From NCBI GenBank assembly GCA_951406725.2, contig OX597819.1, positions 105,276,001-105,340,000 on the forward strand: a stretch of DNA of 64,000 nucleotides, written 5' to 3'. Source of the DNA: Octopus vulgaris (taxonomy: Eukaryota). The notes below the pieces were generated by a model. It was not told where the DNA came from. It saw nothing but the letters and a program-made list of their open reading frames with translations, and made no database searches. Both the position numbers and the translations under genes were made by a program. Position 1 is the stretch's first letter; every line of letters begins with the position of its first letter. This document shows, piece after piece, positions 14,180-27,606 of the stretch.

Positions 14180-14395
14180 AGCAAGCTGGCAGAATTGTTA
14201 GCATTCTGAGCAAAAATGCTTCGTGGCATTTTATCTATCTTTATGTTCTGAGTTCAAATACTGTTGAGGTTGACTTTGCTTTTCATCATATTGGGGTTGA
14301 TAAAGCAAGTACCAGTTGAGCACTGGGGTTGATGATATTGACCAAACTCCTCCTCCCAAAATGCTGGTCTTGTGCCAAAATTTAAAAACATTTAT
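14180..14395 (+). mobile_element. SINE family B
   Basis: GCAAGCTGGCAGAATTGTTAGCA..TTCTGAGTTCAAAT..CACTGGGGTTGAT..TTGTGCCAAAATTT. Further copies at 5790-6000, 7570-7770(-), 9290-9460, 15920-16120, 23700-23880(-), 40690-40848 and 46400-46590. Confidence 0.8.
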
Positions 14396-15204
14396 TGCTT
14401 TATCTACTTTCAGTTTTATCATTAAAAAATAAGTGGAATTATTTCACGTCTCTTGAAGTTTCTAAATTCTTATGCCAAACTATATATATATATATATATA
14501 CATACATATATATATTTATACATACATACACACAGCAAGAGGTAATATTTATTCCCATTTAAATGTGGATGTTCTGTTAGAACAAACTTTACTGTGGTAT
14601 AGACATATATATATAGAAACATACACATGTGAAATCTGTTTTTGTTTTCTGTTTTCTTTCTTCAATCTAAAAATATGCTACAGCAAATCACATTCCTTCC
14701 AGCCAACTCAAATTTAAAAAGAAAAATTAACAAGTGAAATTCTTCCCTTTTTTGTGAATTGCTTGCTTAATAGCAGAAATTCAGTAAACATTTTTGAAGA
14801 ACGTTATTATCAATTTTTTTTTAGGGTTGATATTTTTTTCAAACAACTGTTAAAAAATTTTTTTAATTATTTTTTCTCTCTTTAGAAGTTTGGATTTATT
14901 AAAAAAATAAATTTCATTGAGTTATTTTTTTTTTTAAACTGCGAACCTGTCCAAATGATAACTTTGTATAAAACATGTCATTCTAGTTAATAAATTAAAT
15001 ATTCTGCATTTCATTGGAAACAGTGATATCTTTGAAGAAATCAGTTACTTTGTTGTTTTATTTCTTATATTTATTTTTTCTTATCTATCCATCTATGTAT
15101 CTATATTTGTAGGTTTGTCTTTCTATCTATCTTTCTATAGGAAATCGGCATATATCCTTATATATGCACACACCTGCAAAACAATATGCAAATGTTACAA
15201 ATGC

Positions 15205-15745
15205 TTACTTGCTTAAGGCAGTCCATCTTGACAGATGATGACGTTTTTGATCCTTAGGGGTTGTCTTGATGGCATTGGCAGGCCCTCTCGTGGCTGAAAA
15301 GGCCAATTCTGGAGGCACATGTCTGATTACAGAGAGCAGTGAAGAGGGCTTTGACGAAGATGAGCTCGTCTAGGATTTTGCTGACGTTCCTTGAGCTGTC
15401 CCCACTTTTCTTTGCAAAGTCTAGTCTGCTCATCCTCAAAATGCTGCAAACCAGTTTTGACCATACCCCTTCAGGTAGTACGGTTTGTGACCATTTGATG
15501 CTGGTCAGTTTTGCTCATCTCAGGATCTCCGTATGTGGGATCTTGTCCTTCCAGGTCATATGAAGAATGTACTGGAGACAGTGGATATGAAAGGATTTGA
15601 GGAGTTTGACACGATGACGATAAAGTATCTAGGTTTCCCAGGCTTACAGAAGCATGGAAACCCACAACAGCACGATAAACCTCGATTTTCATGGAGAGAT
15701 TCAGATCACGATCAAGGAAGACCCTATCCTTGAAACGTCCAAAAT
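15205..15745 (-). mobile_element. RTE-clade LINE 3' fragment
   Basis: Translates to FGRFKDRVFLDRDLNLSMKIEVYRAVV and, at the C-terminus, CNQTCASRIGLFSHERAC (zinc finger). Ends in a short (AAGC/AAGT) tail. Confidence 0.75.
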
Positions 15746-16293
15746 ATGTGCATATAGAAAGATATGCCAATAAGGAAGTACACATATATGGATGCATATG
15801 CATATAAGAATGGATGCACAGATATATGCAGATACATGCATCAAATGTATAGATATATGCATACATTTACAATGGCATTAATTTAAACACAACAGCATAC
15901 AGATATTAATTACTAAATGTAAGGTGGCAAGCTGGCAGAATTGTTAGCACGCCAGGCAAAATGGTTTGTGGCATTCTGTCCATCTTCGTGTTCTGAGGAT
16001 CGGCTGCTTTTCATCCTTTCGGGGTCGATAAAATATGTACCAAACACTGGGATTGGTGTAATCAACTTAACATCTCCCTCAAAACTGCTGGCCTTGTGCC
16101 AGAATTTGAAATCATTAATTACTAAATGTTAATTATTAGTTGATTCAATCACTTAATATGAATATTAAATTACGCAAGTTTAAACACAAAAAATTCAAAT
16201 TGCATTAACAAACATTGACAGTATCAATAATGCCACATAAATGAGCATCACTTAATTTGAGAACACAAGAACACATTTTTCAACAAAATAATA

Positions 16294-16652
16294 TGCAGGA
16301 GTGGCTTGCTTACCAACCACATGGTTCTGGGTTCAGTCCCACTGTGTGGCACCTTGGGCAAGTGTCTTCTACTATAGCCTTGGGCTGACCAAAGCCTTGT
16401 GAGTGGATTTGGTAGATGGAAACTGAAAGAAGCCCGGCATATATATGTGTGTGTGTTTGTTCCCCTAACATTGCTTGACAACCGATGCTGGTGTGTTTAC
16501 GTCCCTGTAACTTAGCAGTTTGGCAAAAGAGACTGATAGAATAAGTACTAGGCTTACAAATAATAAGTCCTGGGGTCGATGTGCTCAACTAAAGGCAGTG
16601 CTCCAGCATGGCCACCGTCAAATGACTGAAACAATTAAAAGAAAGAAAGAAA
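16294..16652 (+). mobile_element. SINE family A
   Basis: Matches the family A consensus. 5' halves also occur at 17190-17358, 19585-19760 and 29715-29880. Confidence 0.88.
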
Positions 16653-18070
16653 GATCGAGAAGAATAAAATCGAATACTTGCCAGGGTACCTGAAATTTTT
16701 CAAAATAGAATTACAACTATGAGGAATTGAATCTCTAATTGTGATACATTATGTGGAATTTCTTTCAATATTCTGGTAATATATAGTTCAACATTTTATT
16801 AAGTTCCCAGGATTTTCCTTGATGTTCATTGCTTTTTTTAATACATTTCCCATCTTATTTAAATCTGCAGACTGGGTTTCTGCAGCACTTGATGGATTTT
16901 CTTACTTTGGAGCTAGTTCTTGGTTAATTCTGCAATATGCTTCAGGTTACTGCCATGCTGAAAATCTATGACTAGCCCAAATGGACCTTCTGCATTTAGA
17001 ACATTGTCTTCTCCAAAATCTTTAGATAGGTTGTCATTCACAATGCTCTTGATCTGAGTGATGTATCAAATTGACTCCTTTTTCAGGTAGGCAGCTCTAA
17101 ACCATGACACAGCCATGCTTAACAATCAGATTCATGAATTCTGGATGAAATTTTTTTCCTGTTAGAACAAATTAAATTTTGATGTTCATAGGCACAAGCA
17201 TGGCTATGTCGTAAAATGCTTGCTTCCCAACCAGGTTCAGTACCACTGCATGGCACCTTCGGCAAGTGTCTTCTACTATAACCTTGGGCTGACCAATGGC
17301 TTCTGAATGAATTCAGTAGATGGAAACTGTAAGAAGCCCATCATATATATATACATATACCGTAAAAGCTCATGTAATTTACATTTAGAAATTTTCTTTT
17401 GTTGAAAAAAGACATACAAAACAAACATTTGTACCAGAAGTTGACTCATTTAATGCCAGAATAGGTTTTTACTGAAAAAATAAGGGCTTAAATATAATGA
17501 AGTTGATTTATTTATGCTGGACAGTATAATGCTTACTTTTAAATTTACCAAAACCATTAAATGGTTAACTACCTTTTGAAGTCTGACGTTCATGCTGGTA
17601 ATCATGGTCCAGGCCATATTTTACATTGCTTGGAGTTTCTACCTATCACAATGGAGCACCATTGACATACATAGTGATACAGATATTCTTGACTGAAAAA
17701 ATGTAATGATATGGATAATCTTGATTGTATGGCTTTATTTTTTATCTGTTTTGTTGTGAGATTGGCAAAATTGTTGAGGATGGTAACGAAAAGGATGTAA
17801 ATGTTCAAAATTTACTTCCTGACTACTACCCATTTTTGATATTGCTGTGAGCTATCAACTATTAGCAATGTGCAGCTGTTCAGTTGCAATCATGATTAAA
17901 ATAAAACTTTCCTGAACATAACTAAAACAACAAACAATTAAAAAATTTTTATGTATCTATGAAAATGTACAGGCAATGCATAACGAATATTATTATATTG
18001 AAATGGATAATATTCTTATTAAACAGTTCATGTTTCAATCTCGGTGACTGAGATTATTGGTATTTACTGT

Positions 18071-18725
18071 TCACTCATTGAAGTCCTGTTTATCAAATCC
18101 AAAGAACTTGTCCTCATCATCTGACCTAACAAATGTCTCTGCATCAAAGTCATTAGTGTCCTTTTCGTGATAATATACATCCATTACATCATCTTGTTCA
18201 TCACATGTAGCAAGTTCAGATTGCCACAAAACATTGTCCTGTGTACCATCACGATGGTTGGAAATGCTGCACTTAAATGATTTCACAATGATCTCAGGGT
18301 CAAGTTCATTCCATGCCTCAAGAATCCATTGACATATCTCATCTAATTTGGGTTTGTTTATATGGCCACCTTTAGTAAAAGAATGTTTATCACCACTGAT
18401 CCAGTTGTTCCATTTTTGGCACAAAGCATGCTTCATGGGTTTATTTACACCGACATCTAACTTGCTACCATTCCACCAGGAATGGTAGCAATTTCACAGT
18501 TGTCACTTAATACACCTTTCACATAGTCCAACTTATTGCATCTAAAACTATCCAAAAATTAATTATGTTCACAGGTATTGGGATGTTGTCCCCACACAAG
18601 TCTTAGCCATTCTTTCATGCTGGATTCAGCCATCCAGCCTTTTTAGTGGACTCTAACGATTATGCCTTTTGGAAAGTTTAACTTTGACAATGTCTTTCTT
18701 TTGAAGGTAACATATAGTGGAAATT
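18071..18725 (-). mobile_element. pogo/Tigger-type DDE transposase remnant
   Basis: Translates to TFKRKTL..FPKGIIVR..KGWM..DSF..IPGGM..LDVGVNKPMKHALCQKWNNW..HSFTKGG..CQWILEAW..IIVKSFK plus an acidic tail, interrupted by stops. A possible terminus TACCGTAAAA lies at about 17358. Confidence 0.85.
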
Positions 18726-18959
18726 TCAAAAGTTGTGAAGAGAAGAAAAGGTTAGAATAAGAGATGTATGCATCTGTGTATGCTGAGCTACAGCCACAAT
18801 GATATTTTCTGTTGACATAGCATCTATGAACTCTGCTTGTTCAAATTCCTCTGGAGTAAAATAAAATCCCTGACTTGCATAAATAACACTTACATATTGG
18901 TGTCAGGATGAGCATCTGGTTATAAAAGTCTTGTCTCAAACATCTTTCCTGTCCAAGAC

Positions 18960-19220
18960 ATGTTAGCATGGATGTGGCACATAAAAAGCACCATCCAATT
19001 GTGGCTGTTGCCAGCCTCGTCTGGCACCTGTGCAGGTGGCACGTAAAAAGTACCCACTACACTCACGGAGTGGTTGGCGTTAGGAAGGGCATCCAGCTGT
19101 AGAAACACTGCCAGATCAGACTGGAGCCTGACGCAGCCTTCTGGTTTCCCAGACCCCAGTTGAACCGTCCAACCCATGCTAGCATGGAAAACGGACGTTA
19201 AACGATGATGATGATGATGA
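18960..19220 (+). mobile_element. RTE 3'UTR / tail fragment ending in (GAT)n
   Basis: GGTTGGCGTTAGGAAGGGCATCCAGCTGTAGAAAC..GCATGGAAAACGGACGTTAAAC(GAT)n. The same sequence forms the 3' end of the RTE element at 29886-32645. Confidence 0.8.
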
Positions 19221-20444
19221 AAAATGAAAGACTACAAATTTGAAGACTGATATTTCTTTTCTAGAATATCTACATTCATTGCTAAGACATTTCTCCTCAC
19301 TATGAACAGCATGATCACTTGCTATTCACTTATATGTGCTAATGAAGGAACCCCTACAACATTGCCAACTTTCGAGATTTATCAGCATTACATCTTAAGC
19401 CTTTTGTTTGCCATATTGCTGTTAAACTTCACTGCTTTTGTTTCTATTAAGGTGGTGTTTGCAACTAAACTTAGCAAAATTTTGACGGAAGATTTTAATT
19501 TAGATCACTTCAAAATAAGAAGTTTATATCATAGAATGAAATCAGTTTCAGGCAGGTTGGTATGAAAAGGGTTAAAGGAGGAGGAGCATGTGGCTGTGTG
19601 GTAAGAAACTTGCTTCCCAACCACATGGCTTTGGGTTCAGTCCTACTGTGTGGCTCTTTGGGCAAGTGTTTTCTACTATGGCCTTGGGCTGACCAAAGCC
19701 TTATGAGTAGATTTGGTAGATAGAAACTGAAAGAAGCCCATCATATATATATATGTGTGTGATCACATAATCCCTATAAAAACCTGCTTTCACACACAAC
19801 ATAAATGAAGGAATGTTTTATAAACCAGATAGTGATTTTACAAGCTAATTTGAGAGCAAATTCTTATTAAGCGACAGCAAAAAAGTATTCTTGCTCTACC
19901 CTCCCACTATCTGTTACAACTATTTCAGTTTCCACTCCTTCAAAGAAGCATGTTGTATATCAACACTCCAACAATTATTGATATTCTACAAAGCTTAGGT
20001 GAGGATGACAATGGTATGGTACTGCTACTCCATAGAGACATTATGGACCACAACTAAAAAAGGGCCACTCAGCTGATTAGTATAAAGTCAATCAGACATG
20101 TTTCAGCCTCTGACCCATAAATGTGCTATCTCCTCTCTCTGTTTTACCACTACTATAATAGCCTCTACTCATTGGAGGTGACTGGGTTAATTTCTGTCTT
20201 TCATCCTTGTTGCAACAAATCTCCCCAACTACTTACACCAAGTTTTTCCCTCTCAGAATGTTGGAATTTCTGGAATATCTTTCCAACTTAGGAGTTGATT
20301 TACAAAGGTCCAAGACGGACATTAATGACATTATTTTTACTGACCTAGGAGTGCCTGCAAGGTCATGGGACTGTCTTTCTCCAAGGAACCAGCAAATAAA
20401 AGAAAAAAGCTCTTTGCCTAATATCCTGTTGAGGTATCTGTAAG

Positions 20445-20865
20445 GCACAGGCATAACTGAGTGTAGGTGTGGCTTTGGCACAACTCTGGCTGTGTGATTA
20501 AAAAGTTTGCTTCTCAAGCACATGGTTTTAGGTTCAGTTCCATTACGTGACACCTGTGTGACACCCTGGGAAAGTGTCTTCTACTATAACCCTGGGCTGA
20601 CTAAAGCCTAGTGAGAGTCAATTTGGAGAATGGAAATTGAAAGAAACCTGTTGTGTGTGTGTTGCCTCATCTTGACATTATGTGATTGTTGTAAAGTAAT
20701 GTCATTCATTTTTAATCTCTGCAGTGGGGAAGTATTAACTTGCTTGGACATAGATACAGTTTGGTGATGGGAAAGGTATCTGGGTGTAGAAAATTTGCCT
20801 CAATAAACCCTGGCTAACTGATGCAAGCATAGAAAACTGAATGTTAAAACAATGATAAAGATGAT
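20445..20865 (+). mobile_element. SINE with family A head and RTE-like tail
   Basis: Family A head to about 20660, then a different body ending GCAAGCATAGAAAACTGAATGTTAAAACAATGAT, similar to the RTE tail. Confidence 0.6.
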
Positions 20866-21275
20866 AGGCACACGAGTGGCTGTGTGGTAAGTAGCTTGCT
20901 TACCAACCACATGGTTCTGGGTTCAGTCCCACTGCATGGCACCTTGGGAAAGTGTCTTCTACTATAGCCTTAGGCTGACCAAAGCCTTGTGAGTGGATTT
21001 GGTAGATGGAAACTGCAAGAAGCCCTTCGTATATATATGTGTGTGTGTGTGTATATATGTATGTGTGTGTGTGTGTCTGTGTTTGTACTCCCAGCATTGC
21101 TTGACAACCGATGCTGGTGTGTTTACATCCCCGTAACTTAGCAGTTCGGCAAAAGAGACCGATAGAATAAGTACTAGGCTTACAAAGAATAAGTCCTGGG
21201 GTCGATTTGCTCGACTACAGGTGGTGCTCCAGCATGGCCGCAGTCAAAATGACTGAAACAAGTAAATGAGTAAAA
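20866..21275 (+). mobile_element. SINE family A, full length
   Basis: Complete head, internal (TG)n and 3' half ending GACTGAAACAAGTAAATGAGTAAAA. Confidence 0.9.
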
Positions 21276-21857
21276 CAGATGCTCTCTTAAGTGTTGCTTT
21301 CCATAAAAGAAAATAAAAAAAAAATTAACAAACAGTAATCAATTAAAACAAATTCCAGGTAAACAATTCATTTATTTAATGTGATTTACAGCATAAAATA
21401 TTACCTTCCCCACAGTAATTGAGTATTTACAGCAGTGCTTTGGATGGCACAATAGGCATTTAAGGACTGATTGGATTTTCCGAGTGGGTACATAATATCA
21501 GGGTTTTGGATCTTCAAAACAGCTATGGCAGCACTATTTCTCTCATTCTCTCTCTCACTTGCTCTCTTTCATTCAATAATTATTTATTTGGTTATGTAAT
21601 ATTATTACTGTGGTAACAATAACAAACTAGAGTTTCTTCTGGAAATCTTGACAAATAAGACAGAATTCACATGCCAAAAACCAAAATGAACTACAAACAT
21701 TGTGAGTTGTACCAAATTTTTTTTGTTTTGGAATGTTACTGTAAACAACCATTACAATATACTCTTCAAGCTTTTTAACAATATTTAATAAAGTAAACAC
21801 AGTTTTTATATGCACAATTAGAAATAAAACAAAAAACATTGTCTATTTCTTTGTTTA

Positions 21858-22125
21858 TATATATATACACACACACACACCGTTTGCATGTATACAGATG
21901 TATATATATATGTATATGTGTATATCTGTGTACACATATATATATGTATATATAAGTGTACATATATATATATGTGTGTGTGGTATGTGTGTGTATATAT
22001 ATATATATCTAGCTATATATTCATTTATATGTATAAGTATATATTATTTATATATGTTATATGTGCATATGTATATATATATTCTTGATATATATTTACA
22101 TACATTCACATTTCAATGTATATAA
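21858..22125. repeat. Degenerate (TA)/(TG) low-complexity tract
   Basis: Directly visible. Similar tracts at 23195-23285 and 24172-24410. Confidence 0.9.
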
Positions 22126-22863
22126 TGAGTTTTTAACAAGAATTACAAGAAAAAAAATAATAAATGCAACGAACCAGTCACTGTATTTGTGATGTAACGT
22201 CAACCAAACAGAACATTCTAGATTTCAATTTGGCAATAGACATTTATTTATTTATTTTTAAAAAATTTTACTTTTTTTCATAAAATTTTAAAATTTTACA
22301 TTGTCAATATGATTCTAAAGCTGGTTTCCAATATCTAAGAAAGGCAAGTTAAAAGTTCATTAATTTGCTTCCAGGTGTGTAATATGAGTGACATAATAGC
22401 TTACAGTTCAATTTTAGAGTGAGTGAGAAGAAATCCAGGGATTAATCTATATTAAATGTTGAAATGGTAATCCTATACTCACCTTCGTTGAAATATGTTG
22501 ATTTCATTAACAAAGATGACCATTATGTTTCCAATGATTTCTATAGAATGGATCATAGATTCCGGAAAAATGATCTAAGGCTTATTAAATGTGTAACAAT
22601 TTGTCATTAATACTCAGCATCAGTAAAAAAAATTTACAGGAATTTCTGATGAAATTACGCAAACCATTACATAATCTGTGTGACGACAAACTGATTTTAG
22701 ATACAGCAGATACCTTTGATGTTTAAAAGTGAGCGATGTGGATAAGGATTTCTGTGAAAACCAGTTAGTGTCGAATATTAACCTAGTTAATATTACTGTT
22801 TGTGGTAGAGAGGGATACACATTAGTCACTACAAGAAAGGAAGTCAAACAGAAACAGTTGTAC

Positions 22864-22919
<56 letters not shown>

Positions 22920-23230
22920 GATTTCACTTAGGTATAGTGATACTAATAACCAGTAGTTAGAACCCAATATACTTATGCTTAAGAGTAAAGCTTCAGGAGA
23001 GTACAAAGCGTAACATCAATAAGTGAAGGACAAAAGAAGTTATGTAATCACCTCCAACGAAGGTGATTACATAACTTCTGTTCAAATATGTATATAGGAA
23101 TTACTCTTAACAGTTTCATACATTTTGTCATGGTAGACACAGAACTTTTAATTTGAAACAAACTACTCAGTGATTGCAATCCACTGTCTTTCTTTATATA
23201 TATAATATATATATATATATAATATATATA

Positions 23231-23274
<44 letters not shown>

Positions 23275-23378
23275 ATATACATGCACACTGACTGACTACA
23301 ATTTCACTGTGGAACACACCAAATGATTTTATTTTTCAACACTTATGTGTTGGTAGTGGGAAAGTATAACTGAATGAA

Positions 23379-23409
<31 letters not shown>

Positions 23410-24226
23410 CTCACACACACACACACGCACACATACATACATGTATGTGTCTGTACGTATATAAGTTGCATGGTAAATTACGTATATTACCAGCAGTTGA
23501 ACATTACAATATAGTTTCACAAATGTTCAACTTAACTAAATGATGTTATGAATGCAGGACAGTTTCCATTGAGATACTACCTGGTCCGTCATTATTAACA
23601 AAGTTAATCAACAACTCTATTAATTTCAATGTCTGGTTTGTCATCTTAACATTAAATCCACTTTAAAAAAAAAACGATTACAAGCAACTGACATGTGGCA
23701 AAAGATTTGTAGTGGGAGAATACATTTGATTGAATTGATCCCCCATGTATTTTTGGTAATTTGTTTTATTGACCTGGAGGAGAGAAGGCTATGTGAAACC
23801 TCAGCAGGATTTTGAGCTTAGAGAGAAATGAGATTAAATGCATTTAGGGCTTTAATCTATCACTCTCCTATTTTCTGCCACTTGATAATTTTCAGATTCA
23901 TCTAAAAAAAACAGAAATTATAAACGTGCCACTTGATTACATTGTGGACAAGTTAATATAGATCAATGTTAATAATAAAATAATTTACTAGGTTTTTTTG
24001 AAGCCAGGAAGATGCAGGCTGAATTTTGAAAACCAGACAGATACCAGATAGAAGTATCATAATTCCATATATGATCAATAACCACAGGTTGTGACAAAAA
24101 AACCAAAACTAAATATTAGTTACTGACAGTTACTTCAGTCAAATTCAGGAATTGCTGTCACAGCAACTCCTTATATGTGTGTATACATATAACACACACA
24201 CATATATACATATATGTGTGTGTGTG

Positions 24227-24269
<43 letters not shown>

Positions 24270-24573
24270 TATATATGTATACATGTGTGTGTGTACATAT
24301 ATACATATCTATATATATTTATATGAATATATTTGTATATATATGTGTGTGTGTGTATACACATGTATATACGTGTGTGTGTGTATACATATACACACAC
24401 ATACATAAATCAATATTTTAAAACCTACTTAAAATGTTAGATGTCATAGTTGGTTAAGAAAGTCCATTAATACTGGTTTCAAATGGGATGTCCAGACAAT
24501 CTCCATTTTCAAAAACAAATCTTTCCCTATCTTGCACAATCCCTGTGGCAGAACATCATCTTTAACAGACATT

Positions 24574-24675
24574 TCATTCCAATGAAGAGAGCATCAGAAG
24601 TTGTTTAAGAACCTTTGTCTGACTGGTCTCACGAATTTCTCCAGCAGTGAACATTTCATCAACAACACTGTAAAC
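24574..24675 (-). CDS. AP2S1: AP2S1 coding exon 4 (102 nt including stop)
   Basis: Acceptor CTATCTTGTAG. Translates to VYSVVDEMFTAGEIRETSQTKVLKQLLMLSSLE-TGA. The exons sum to 3+150+174+102=429 nt, i.e. 142 aa plus stop, the canonical AP2S1 length. Confidence 0.98.
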   Translation of the reverse strand, partial: VYSVVDEMFTAGEIRETSQTKVLKQLLMLSSLE

Positions 24676-24751
24676 CTACAAGATAGATGGAAAAGAAAAT
24701 TTATTAGTACAAAAAAAGATCACCTGACACTCTCTCTTCATTTTATATATA

Positions 24752-25305
24752 CAGGTGCAGGCTTGGTGGCATGGTAAAAAGCTTGTTTCCCAACCACATG
24801 GTTCTTGGTTTAGTCCCACAGTGTGGTACCCGGGGCAAGTGTCTTCTACTATGGACCTAGGCAAACCAAAGCTTTGTGAGTGAATTGGGTTGATTTGTTT
24901 GACAACACCCATCAAAGTAGTGCTTCAGTGTGTGAAGGTGCATGGCTTAGTGGCTAAGGTATTTGGCTAATGACCATAAGGTCGTAAATTCAATACCTAG
25001 CAGTGCATTGTATCCTCGATCTGGTGCTTAATTTCACATTGTTCCAGTACATTCAGCTGGCGAAAATGAGAAGTACCTGTATTTCAAAGGGCCAGCCTTG
25101 TCACATTGTATCACCCTGAATCCCCCTCAGAACGACATTAGGTACATGTGTCTGTGGAGTGCACAGCCACTTGAAACGTTAATTTCACAAGCAGGTTGTT
25201 CTGTTGATTGGATCAACTGGAACCCTCTTCATTTTAATTGACAAAGTGTCAGTGCTTCGACATGGCTGTAGTCTAGTGTCTGAAACAAGTAAAAGACTAA
25301 AAGAA
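24752..25305 (+). mobile_element. SINE A interrupted by SINE C (about 24927-25250) in AP2S1 intron 3
   Basis: The family A tail is split, and AGTGCTTC is duplicated at 24919-24926 and 25251-25258 (target-site duplication). Confidence 0.75.
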
Positions 25306-26304
25306 AGAATTCATTTTTCCATGATGGAAAAATTGTAAGGCAAGTGTTAATGAAGATAAGTTTTCTAATTTTAAATTCTTTGCATCAAGAATGAATGCAA
25401 TTCTTCAAGTCCTGTGCAGGCAACACATTTGAGAGAATGGTTGCTTTCAAAATAAACAACCTGTCAACAAATAGATTGGATCTGTGTTATTTATAGTCAT
25501 ATGGGTAGGATGATGAATACTTATATTAACAGATAATATAAGTATTTATCATACTACAATGACTGATAGCAAGAAAGCCATTTTCATTAGGTTTTTTTCC
25601 CCATGTTAGCATGGGTTAGATGAGTATATTATTGTGACATTGTTTTATAGCTTGATGCTCTTCCTATTGCTAACTCTTGCCTGTTTTTCTAATAAAGAAT
25701 TATCTTATTACACCCATCTTTGAAGGCACAAAAGTCATAAAAAGAAAAAAACAACAACCTATTTCAAGGAGAATAAATCTATGATGATGTCTAGATAATA
25801 AACCTAGTGCAATAGACTGGGCACTTAATTATAATCAATAAACTTGCTGCTAACAGATATACAACAAAGCAATGCAATAAATCTATATATATATATCAAA
25901 ACAATTTATAAAGAAAAATCAATAATATTGATAATAATACTGATTTTTTAAAAGACTTTAGCATAAGGCCACAATTGACATTTTTTTTCAGGAGGATAAG
26001 TATTAAAGTCGATTAAACGATACCCAACTAATATGCTGAGTGATGGTCTCAGATTGAACAGCTTGTCTAATGAAAATCTGAGATGACTATAGAGTATTAA
26101 ATCAATGAATTTCTTCTATTTAATAGTTAATATATTAACTTAATGTGTACACTCACAGTTAGTTAAGTAACTGTGATGACTAGTGGCATTATGGATTGTC
26201 TGTTTGTTCATCTACTTCGTATTATATAGTGATTGATATTGAAAAAAAAAAACTTAAGGCAAAAAATACAGGAAACTGATCCCCCACTCTCTCATTAATC
26301 AAAC

Positions 26305-26685
26305 CATTGCTTGAGGAGACCTATTGAGTCAAGTACATGAACATCGAAATAAATGTCAATGGAAATAGTAGTTGTGATACCTGTGCCAGTGGCACATAAA
26401 AAGCACCATCTGAATGTGGCCGATGCCAGTGCCGCCTTGACTGGCTTCCGTGTCGGTGGCACGTTAAAAGCACCAACAGATCGGGGCTGCTGCCAGATTC
26501 CCCCTGGCACCTGTGCCGGATGGCATGTAAAAAGCACCCACTACACTCGCGGAGTGGTTGGCGTTAGGAAGGGCATCCAGCTGTAGAAACACTGCCAGAT
26601 CAGACTGGAGCCTGGTGCAGCCTCCTGGCTTTCCAGACCCTGGTCGAACTGTCCAACCCGTGCTAGCGCGGAAAACGGACGTTGT

Positions 26686-26715
<30 letters not shown>
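26305..26715 (+). mobile_element. RTE 3'UTR / tail copy with (GAT)n in AP2S1 intron 3
   Basis: Three GTGGCAC(A/G)T(A/T)AAAAGCACC-type units, then the conserved tail and (GAT)n. Confidence 0.85.
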
Positions 26716-26717
<2 letters not shown>

Positions 26718-27179
26718 TACAGAGTAGTATGAGTTACTTCATATAAGACAAATCTTGCAATGAAGTGGCAATATATAAACCAGCCATCACCACTAGCTGA
26801 CAACTGTAGGGTACCTGGTTGGCTGACTAAATCAAAATAGCATAGTATGACTGGCTGCAACAGGTAAAAGAGTAAAAACAGTTGTCTTTGCTGTGTCACT
26901 CCAGGTCAGACCTAGCTGAGTAAACCTGTGACATGTAGTTGTCTGAACAACAAGATGTGATCCACAGTGTAGGGTATGCTATGCCTACATCTAGTTGAGG
27001 ACCATACTTCATATTCTAACATGCAGTAGTTAATTGTAGAACAGTCTAGGTATATTCTCTCTTTATTGTCCAGTCTGTCAATTTTACTGATGGCCTCCTT
27101 AGAAGAATGCCTGGTGAAGTCAGTTTGAAAGCAAGTGATGATAAAGACCTCGTTGGAGTCAACAAGGAACCCTCTAGAT

Positions 27180-27365
27180 TAGTAGTTCTCAAAACAGCTA
27201 ATACTGCCCCTCCCTAGAAGGACATTAAGAGCCATGAGGGGAGTAGTGAGTAATACATTAATTTCAAGTTTAATTACAGCCATTACTTGTATTATATAAG
27301 GGTTAAAAATTTGGGGAAGTATTCAAGTGTTTGGGCCATTTGGAGAAAATGGGTAGGAAACACTG
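27180..27365. mobile_element. hAT (Charlie-like) MITE
   Basis: Ends TAGTAGTTCTCAAA..AGGAAACACTG, flanked by 8-bp CTCTAGAT (27172-27179) and CTCTATAT (27366-27373). Confidence 0.6.
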
Positions 27366-27606
27366 CTCTATATGACCAATATACATGCTAGAAGTAGCAA
27401 CCAAATAGTCCTCAAACTTCAACCTTGTGCTTTGTAAATGGATGAATATGCTGGATAATTCAGAAAAATCATTAACTGCTCCTGAAACTTTTCAACAGTG
27501 ATTATTTTCCTCCAATGTAAACATAGGCCACCAATCTTAATGAGAGAAACAACACCCCCCCCAAAAAAACAACAAAAAAATAGAGTTAATGAAAATGAAA
27601 CTTTAC

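Noticed and set aside
17580-17850. Faint resemblance to a Polinton/Maverick capsid fragment on the minus strand
   Set aside because: Multiple stops and only a few matching residues; not supportable by eye.
20866-20945. tRNA gene
   Set aside because: A/B-box-like SINE head without a full cloverleaf, continuous with the SINE body.
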